Assembly: GCA_045598185.1 (NCBI GenBank)
Contig: JAZLLO010000113.1
Coordinates: 55,966-119,965 of the forward strand
Direction: 5' to 3'
Source: Marvinbryantia sp.
GTDB taxonomy: Bacteria; Bacillota; Clostridia; Lachnospirales; Lachnospiraceae
Length of the DNA stretch: 64,000 nucleotides
The notes under the pieces were generated by a model that ran no database searches, was not told the DNA's origin, and was given only the letters and a program-made list of their open reading frames with translations. The translations under genes and the position numbers were made by a program. The number at the start of each line of letters is the position of its first letter. Positions within the stretch are counted from its first letter, which is position 1. Of the stretch, positions 57,213 through 64,000 are shown in pieces.

Positions 57213-58394
57213 ATGGCACAGCAATGGAAAGAACATGAGATAACTGATATATTACACCATATGGGGGAGCATGAGCTGCCGATGCATGCAGTGGCACCTC
57301 CTATATTTCAGACTTCGATTTTCTGCTTCGAGACTTTTGAAGAATTTCAGGAGGCTCTTGAAAATGAATCAGAGCATTATATTTATTCCAGGGGGAATAA
57401 TCCGACGGTGAATCTTTGCGAAGATAAGATTGCAGCACTGGAACATGCAGAAAGCGCAAAGCTGGTAAGCTCCGGAGTAGCAGCAATATCAAGTGCAATA
57501 CTGGCATTTATGAAAACCGGGGATCATGCAGTCTGTGTGGATTGCTCTTATGGATGGGCAAGATATATGTTTACTACTTATCTGGAACGTTTCGGAGTAG
57601 AAGTAACATTTGTACAGGGCAATACTCTGGAAGAATTTGAACAGGCGATTCGTCCGAATACAAAAGTTATCTATCTGGAAAGCCCGGGAACATTTACCTT
57701 TACCTTACAGCCACTACGTGAGATTGCAGCACTTGCAAAAGAAAAGGGAATCAAGACTATTATTGATAATACCTGGTCAACACCAATCTTCCAGAACCCA
57801 CTGGATTATGGGATTGATCTTACCGTACATTCCTGCAGTAAGTATCTGGGTGGGAATTCTGATGTGGTTGCAGGTGTTATCTGCGGAAGCAGGGAGGATA
57901 TTACACACATTTTCAATACCCAGTTCCTGTCGCTTGGTCCGGTGCCAGATCCATTTGCTGCATGGCTGATCCTTAGAAACCTTCGTACTCTTCATCTTCG
58001 TATGCCTGTTCATTATAAGAATGCATTGGCTCTTTGTGAGATGCTGGAACAAAGAGACGACGTAGAAGCAGTGAATTATCCACTACTTCCATCATTTCCA
58101 CAGTATGAAATGGCAAAGGATATGTTAAAGGGCGGAAGCGGTCTGTTCTCCTTCAGATTAAAAACAAGGGATAAAGAAAAGATTAAAAAGATAGCAAACA
58201 GTCTGAAGTATTTTAAACTCGCGGTAAGTTGGGGCGGATATGAAAGCCTGTTTGAGCCAAGTCTTGTGACATATAAGAAAGATGCTGAGGTTCCGGAAGA
58301 TCGAATATCTCTGATTCGTGTACATGCAGGATTGGAAGATATAGATATGTTAAAGGCAGATCTTACTCAGGCATTGGATGCCGTGAAAGAGTAG
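57213..58394 (+). CDS. Cys/Met-metabolism PLP-dependent enzyme (cystathionine beta-lyase-like)
   Basis: YSRGNNPT, SSGVAAI, YLESP, DNTWSTP, HSCSKYLGGNSD (PLP Lys), SWGGYESL, IRVHAGLE. Confidence 0.88.
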   Translation: MAQQWKEHEITDILHHMGEHELPMHAVAPPIFQTSIFCFETFEEFQEALENESEHYIYSRGNNPTVNLCEDKIAALEHAESAKLVSSGVAAISSAILAFMKTGDHAVCVDCSYGWARYMFTTYLERFGVEVTFVQGNTLEEFEQAIRPNTKVIYLESPGTFTFTLQPLREIAALAKEKGIKTIIDNTWSTPIFQNPLDYGIDLTVHSCSKYLGGNSDVVAGVICGSREDITHIFNTQFLSLGPVPDPFAAWLILRNLRTLHLRMPVHYKNALALCEMLEQRDDVEAVNYPLLPSFPQYEMAKDMLKGGSGLFSFRLKTRDKEKIKKIANSLKYFKLAVSWGGYESLFEPSLVTYKKDAEVPEDRISLIRVHAGLEDIDMLKADLTQALDAVKE

Positions 58395-58410
58395 GAGGAA
58401 AGGAGCGTAT

Positions 58411-59691
58411 ATGAATAAGAAATTAACCTGTGTGATCGTAGGCATGGGAAGCAGAGGAAAGAATGCTTACGGTGCAGAATTTTTAACATTAAAAGATAGA
58501 ATCCAGGTTGTTGCCATTGCAGAGCAGGACGAAGAGAGACGCACGATCGGTGGCGACGAACATGACATTCCAAGTGAGATGCGTTTTGCATCGGCAGAAG
58601 AATTATTTGCTCAGCCAAAGCTTGCTGATCTGGCACTTATCTGTACCCAGGACAGACAGCATGTACCACATGCGATACTTGCACTGAGAAAAGGCTATCA
58701 TGTAATGATGGAAAAGCCAATCTCACCAGATCTGACACATCTGCAGGAAATCCTGCGTGTTGCAAAAGAAGAAGACAGAAAGGTAGTAGTATGTCATGTT
58801 CTTCGTTATACTCCATTCTTTGGTATGATCAAGGATGCAATCGATCAGGGAAGACTTGGAAAGGTTGTGAATATTCAGGCACTTGAGAATGTGCGCTACT
58901 GGCATCAGGCACATAGCTTCGTTCGCGGTAACTGGAGAAGAGAGGATGAGACAAGCCCGATGATTCTGGCTAAATGCTGTCACGACCTGGATTATCTGAT
59001 CTGGCTGACTGGCAGCAAGTGTGAAAGAGTATCTTCCTTTGGTTCGCTGTTTTTCTTTAAGCCAGAGAATGCACCGGAAGGAGCGGCAAAGCGTTGTCTG
59101 GATGGATGTAAAGCAAAGGAAGAATGCCCTTATGATGCGGAGAAGATTTATCTTTATAACAAAGATACCGGTGTTCTTGCAGGACATACAGATTGGCCGG
59201 TGGATGTATTATCAGAACATCCAACAGAAGAAACTATCCGTAAGACTATCGAAGAAGGTCCATACGGACGCTGTGCATTTTATTGTGACAATGATGTTGT
59301 AGATAATCAGATCGTAAATATGCAGATGGAGGATGGTTCTGTACTTTCCCTTACTATGAGTGCATTTACCAGCAATGGCGGAAGAACTATCAAGGTTATG
59401 GGAACCCATGGAGATCTGTGGGGAGATATGGATCAGAATATCATCAAGATTACGGAGTTTGGAAAAGAGACAGAGGTTATTGACCTTGGTAAGCTCGAAC
59501 GTGACTTTGCAGGTCATGGCGGCGGAGACAGAGGACTTGTACTGGCACTTCTTGACTATATGGAAGGAAAAGAAAGCAAGACCATTACGACACTTGAGAC
59601 ATCGGTGGAAAGTCACCTTGTCGCACTGGCAGCAGAAGAATCAAGACAGAAGAACGGTATGCCGATAGAAATAGCACCAATGCGAGGATAG
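58411..59691 (+). CDS. Gfo/Idh/MocA oxidoreductase
   Basis: IVGMGSRG, MEKP, CHVLRY, HSFVRGNW, KCCHDLD, GHGGGD. Confidence 0.9.
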   Translation: MNKKLTCVIVGMGSRGKNAYGAEFLTLKDRIQVVAIAEQDEERRTIGGDEHDIPSEMRFASAEELFAQPKLADLALICTQDRQHVPHAILALRKGYHVMMEKPISPDLTHLQEILRVAKEEDRKVVVCHVLRYTPFFGMIKDAIDQGRLGKVVNIQALENVRYWHQAHSFVRGNWRREDETSPMILAKCCHDLDYLIWLTGSKCERVSSFGSLFFFKPENAPEGAAKRCLDGCKAKEECPYDAEKIYLYNKDTGVLAGHTDWPVDVLSEHPTEETIRKTIEEGPYGRCAFYCDNDVVDNQIVNMQMEDGSVLSLTMSAFTSNGGRTIKVMGTHGDLWGDMDQNIIKITEFGKETEVIDLGKLERDFAGHGGGDRGLVLALLDYMEGKESKTITTLETSVESHLVALAAEESRQKNGMPIEIAPMRG

Positions 59692-59697
59692 AAAAGT

Positions 59698-62600
59698 ATG
59701 AGCATATTATTTGAACTGGAGAGAATGGAACGTCTAAGCAGCGACATGGAAAAGCTGTGTATCACAGAGAAGGTTCCGGTTCGTTCCTATAAGAGAATGG
59801 AAGGAAAGATGGAGGGCGGTGCAGTCTGTGATATTACAGACTGGGAAGACTGCAGTATTGAAGAGAACTGGAATACACTGGATTCTCACAGATGGTACCG
59901 TACGACGATCACGATTCCGGCTTCCATGGATCAGAAGAATGTAGAATTCCTTATTACAACAGGAAGAGAAGGCGAGTGGGATGCGACGAATCCACAGATG
60001 GTATTCTATCTGAATGGGAAACTGATACAGGGAGTGGATGTTAATCATCGTCGTATGAAGATCAGTTCCTGTGCAAAGGCAGGGGATGTGTACGAGATTG
60101 CCCTTCTGGCTTACAGTGGAACTGTTCTGGGAGACCTGATTATTCATACTGATCTGATAACTGTCGATCCTCTTACCGAGAAGGTATATTATGACTTCCT
60201 GATTCCTGTGAAGACGGCAAGACTTCTGAAGAATTCTGATTATGAGAATTACAGAAGAATACTCGTAAAACTGAGTCCTGCCGCCAATGCGCTGGACTTA
60301 CGAGATCCTTATTCTGACAGTTATTATGAAGGACTTGCAAGAGCAGAAGAGATTCTGAAAGAAGAATTTTATACCAATGTAAATGAATCGGCTCCGCTTG
60401 TCAGCGCCATTGGTCATACACATATTGATATTGCATGGCTCTGGACGGTTTCACAGACAAGGGAAAAGGCGGTAAGAAGTTTCTCTACGGTACTGGAGCT
60501 GATGCGAAGATACCCGGATTATCGATTCATGTCCAGTCAGCCGATTCTCTATCAGTTTGTAAAAGAACAGGAACCGGAGCTTTATGAGGAAATCAAGGAA
60601 AGAGTAAAGGAGGGGCGCTGGGAAGTAGATGGCGCTATGTGGCTGGAGTCTGACTGTAATCTTCCGGCTGGAGAATCCCTGGTTCGTCAGGTTATGAAGG
60701 GTGAACAGTTCTTTGAAGAGGAATTCGGAATCAGAAGTAAGACCCTCTGGCTTCCGGATGTATTTGGCTATTCTGCAGCGATTCCACAGATTCTGAAAAA
60801 ATGCGGTATCCCTTACTTTCTGACAACTAAGATTGCATGGAATCAGTTCAACCAGCTTCCAAACGATACCTTCATCTGGAAGGGAATGGATGGCAGTGAT
60901 GTATTTGTCTTCATGCCAACTACCTGTGATTATGATAAGACACTGGGACTGAATATCTCATTTACCGATACCAGAAATACTACGACTTACACCGGCATCG
61001 TGAACCCGAATATGACACTGGGAACCTTCAAACGTTTCCAGAACCGTGATTTGACAGAGAATACATTGATGCTCTTCGGATTCGGAGATGGCGGCGGCGG
61101 GCCTACTTTAGAGATGCTGGAAGAAGCCGACAGATTAAAATACGGTATGCCGGGAATCCCACGTCTCCTTCAGGAGCCGGAAAGACTCTTCATGGATCGT
61201 ATCCATGAGGAGATTGCAGAAAAACCAGATATGCCTGTCTGGGACGGGGAACTTTACTTTGAATATCATCGTGGTACGTTAACTTCCATGGGTAAGAATA
61301 AGCGGAACAATCGTAAGAGTGAGGTGTTATACGAACAGCTTGAAACACTTGCGTCTATCGGAGAACTGAGGGGAATAGCGTATCCATCTGATACGATTCA
61401 GGCAGGCTGGGATACGATTCTTCTGAATCAGTTCCATGATATTATCCCGGGAAGTTCAGTGGAAGCTGTCTATGATCAGACGGATATTGAGTATGCAAAG
61501 ATTCTTACAGAGGGAACAGAAAAGCTGGATGAAATTGCCGGGGAACTGGCTCAGAAAAATGTATCTGATGCTAATGCGAAGAGCGTTTTTGTATTTAATA
61601 CACAGGGATTTGTGCGTGATTCTGTTGTAAAGGTGGAGAATGCAGAACCGATTTATCATGCCGTAAAGGATGAACTGGGACAGATATCTCCGGTACAGTA
61701 CGATGCTGAGGGGAACCTTTATTTTCAGGCAAAAGGACTTCCTTCTGTAGGGTATGCCAGCTATGAACTTCTTACCGAAGAACAGGGAAAAAAGACTGTC
61801 ACGTGGGATGGCTCTTTTGAAAATGCATGGTATGCGGTGAAATTCAATGAGAATCTTCAGATTACTTCACTGATTGAGAAGGAGACTGGATGTGAACTTC
61901 TTGCAGATGGTAGTATTGGAAATCATATCGTATCTTATGAAGACAGACCAATGAACTGGGATAACTGGGATCTGGATTATTATTATCAGAGAAAGCCATA
62001 TGAAGCAGATGAGATTTCTCCTTGGGTTGTGAAAGAGAATGGTCCGATACGACTCGTAATTGCAAACAAGCTTCGTTTCTCGAAGTCTACGGTTGAACAG
62101 GAAGTGATCCTTTATCCGGATCAGCCACGTATCGATTTCCACACAAATGTTGACTGGCACAACCACCATGTATTACTGCGCGTGAATTTCCCGACACAGT
62201 TAAATGCGACGAAGGCTTCTTTTGAAATCCAGTATGGTAACGTGGAAAGAGAGACAACACATAATCACAGCTGGGATTCAGCGAAGTTCGAGGTATGTGC
62301 ACATAAATGGTCTGACCTTTCAGAAGAAGGAATGGGACTTAGTCTTATCAACGATTGTAAATATGGACATAGTATCAAGGATGGTATCCTGGGACTGACA
62401 CTTATCAAGTCGGGTATCTATCCGAATGTGAATGCAGATATCGGTCACCATGAATTCACATACTCGATCTATCCGCATGCTGGCAGATGGAAAGATGCAA
62501 AGACGGTAGAGATGGCATATGATCTGAATGTACCGGTTATCGCAAAAGTGGTGAACGGTAAGGCTCAGAGCAGATCTTTCCTGTCAACGGATAAGAAGAA

Positions 62601-62835
62601 TATCTTCTTTGAAGTATTGAAAAAGGCAGAGGATGGGGACGGTTATATCCTGCGTCTCTATGAGAATGCAAATGTCCGCGGTAAATTTTCCGTGCAGGTG
62701 ATGGAGCAGATCAAAACCGTGCAGGAGTGTGATCTTCTGGAAAGACCGATTGGAGATGTTCGTCCTTGTCAGGGAAGCTTTACCGATACCATCAAGCCAT
62801 ATGAAATCAAGACATATCGTTTGAAAACTAAATAA
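59698..62835 (+). CDS. GH38 alpha-mannosidase
   Basis: GHTHIDIAWLW, WLPDVFGYS, FGFGDGGGGP, ELYFEYHRG, NQFHDIIPGSS. Confidence 0.93.
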   Translation: MSILFELERMERLSSDMEKLCITEKVPVRSYKRMEGKMEGGAVCDITDWEDCSIEENWNTLDSHRWYRTTITIPASMDQKNVEFLITTGREGEWDATNPQMVFYLNGKLIQGVDVNHRRMKISSCAKAGDVYEIALLAYSGTVLGDLIIHTDLITVDPLTEKVYYDFLIPVKTARLLKNSDYENYRRILVKLSPAANALDLRDPYSDSYYEGLARAEEILKEEFYTNVNESAPLVSAIGHTHIDIAWLWTVSQTREKAVRSFSTVLELMRRYPDYRFMSSQPILYQFVKEQEPELYEEIKERVKEGRWEVDGAMWLESDCNLPAGESLVRQVMKGEQFFEEEFGIRSKTLWLPDVFGYSAAIPQILKKCGIPYFLTTKIAWNQFNQLPNDTFIWKGMDGSDVFVFMPTTCDYDKTLGLNISFTDTRNTTTYTGIVNPNMTLGTFKRFQNRDLTENTLMLFGFGDGGGGPTLEMLEEADRLKYGMPGIPRLLQEPERLFMDRIHEEIAEKPDMPVWDGELYFEYHRGTLTSMGKNKRNNRKSEVLYEQLETLASIGELRGIAYPSDTIQAGWDTILLNQFHDIIPGSSVEAVYDQTDIEYAKILTEGTEKLDEIAGELAQKNVSDANAKSVFVFNTQGFVRDSVVKVENAEPIYHAVKDELGQISPVQYDAEGNLYFQAKGLPSVGYASYELLTEEQGKKTVTWDGSFENAWYAVKFNENLQITSLIEKETGCELLADGSIGNHIVSYEDRPMNWDNWDLDYYYQRKPYEADEISPWVVKENGPIRLVIANKLRFSKSTVEQEVILYPDQPRIDFHTNVDWHNHHVLLRVNFPTQLNATKASFEIQYGNVERETTHNHSWDSAKFEVCAHKWSDLSEEGMGLSLINDCKYGHSIKDGILGLTLIKSGIYPNVNADIGHHEFTYSIYPHAGRWKDAKTVEMAYDLNVPVIAKVVNGKAQSRSFLSTDKKNIFFEVLKKAEDGDGYILRLYENANVRGKFSVQVMEQIKTVQECDLLERPIGDVRPCQGSFTDTIKPYEIKTYRLKTK

Positions 62836-62847
62836 AGGAATATAATC

Positions 62848-64000
62848 ATGAGTATTGTCTTTCATGAGAAAAATAAGATTTTTCATTTATATAATCAACA
62901 GATCAGTTATCTGATCTGTATCATGCCAGATGGTCATATCGGACAGTTATATTATGGAAAGCGTATTGCAGATCGGGAGGATTTCTCCCATCTGCTGGAA
63001 CGTGCCCATAGAGATATGGCTCCGTGTATGTTTGACGGAGATACTACATTTTCCCTGGAGCATCTGAAACAGGAATATCCTTCCTTTGGAAAAGGGGATA
63101 TGCGTTACCCTGCTTTTGAAATTCGTCAGGAAAATGGCAGGTCTGTCAGTGACTTCCGTTATATGGGTTATGTAATCTATCAGGGAAAAAACAAACTATC
63201 CGGTCTCCCGGCAACCTATGTAGAAGAGGAAAAAGAAGCGGAATCGCTGAATTTAAAGCTTTGGGATGAAAGGATAGGAGGCGAGATCTGTCTTTCCTAT
63301 ACGATTTTCCGGGATTATCCGGTGCTGACCAGAAGTGTCTCATTTTATAATGTCGGTAAATCAAAGTTCTGGATTACGAAGGCTATGAGTATGAGTCTGG
63401 ATCTTCCGGATAAAGAATATGAGATGTTTACTCTTACAGGGGCGTCTCTCAGGGAACGTTATCCGCAGAGAAGGGAACTGGGCTATGGAGTCTCAAGTAT
63501 TCACAGTATGCGTGGACATAGCAGTCATCAGTTTAATCCGTTTTTTGCTCTGCTTCGCCCGGATACAACAGAACAACACGGAGAAGTGATTGCCTGTAGT
63601 CTTGTCTATAGTGGGAATTTCCTTGGTCAGGTTGAAGTAGATACCATGAATACAGTACGTGCTATGATGGGTATCCATCCGCAGAATTTCTTGTGGCCAC
63701 TAGGTCCTGGAGAAAGCTTTCAGACTCCGGAAGCGGTAATTGTCTATACCAGAGATGGTTTAAATGGGATGAGTCACGTCTTCCATCAATTGTATCGAAA
63801 GCGTCTGGCTCGTGGAATCTGGAAAGAGAAGAATCGACCAATCCTTGTGAATAACTGGGAAGCGACATATATGAAGTTTAACGAGGAGAAGATCCTTTCC
63901 ATTGCCGGAAAAGCGAAGGAGCTTGGTATTGAACTGATGGTTCTGGATGATGGATGGTTTGGAGAACGTAACAATGATAGTACGTCACTGGGAGACTGGT
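62848..64000 (+). CDS. GH36 alpha-galactosidase (partial, runs off window; not in ORF track)
   Basis: Hand translation MSIVFHEKNKIFHL...QEYPSFGKGDMR...SSHQFNPF...RPILVNNWEATY...LDDGWFG. Confidence 0.9.
   Translation, partial: MSIVFHEKNKIFHLYNQQISYLICIMPDGHIGQLYYGKRIADREDFSHLLERAHRDMAPCMFDGDTTFSLEHLKQEYPSFGKGDMRYPAFEIRQENGRSVSDFRYMGYVIYQGKNKLSGLPATYVEEEKEAESLNLKLWDERIGGEICLSYTIFRDYPVLTRSVSFYNVGKSKFWITKAMSMSLDLPDKEYEMFTLTGASLRERYPQRRELGYGVSSIHSMRGHSSHQFNPFFALLRPDTTEQHGEVIACSLVYSGNFLGQVEVDTMNTVRAMMGIHPQNFLWPLGPGESFQTPEAVIVYTRDGLNGMSHVFHQLYRKRLARGIWKEKNRPILVNNWEATYMKFNEEKILSIAGKAKELGIELMVLDDGWFGERNNDSTSLGDW

Overview
Ordinary chromosomal window from an anaerobic Firmicute, probably Lachnospiraceae-like (inferred from gene content and gene order). 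In order it holds: the 3' part of a type II fatty-acid synthesis operon (accC end, accD, accA, fabH, fabK, a FabX-like 4Fe-4S flavoprotein, fabD, fabG, fabF, fabZ); a xylose/pentose locus (ROK repressor XylR, two sugar-binding sensor proteins, YesM/YesN-type two-component system, a truncated phospho-dead response-regulator paralog, DUF4867 protein, fucose-isomerase-family XylA-II, xylB, and a ChvE/GguAB-type ABC transporter with two permeases); an AAA-ATPase/PD-(D/E)XK gene; a small ferredoxin missed by the ORF track; housekeeping genes (murG, HIT, rhomboid, beta-CASP nuclease, DAG kinase, trmB); a dense DnaA-box cluster upstream of trmB with no dnaA nearby; a divergent Na+/solute symporter and acyl-CoA ligase pair sharing an operator-like motif; an AT-rich surface-protein patch; a circularly permuted GH3; and a sugar ABC operon that unusually combines a PLP beta-lyase-like enzyme and a Gfo/Idh/MocA oxidoreductase with GH38 and GH36 glycosidases. 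I saw no rRNA, tRNA, CRISPR array, integrase or transposase. All family calls come from motif recognition by eye; no searches were run.
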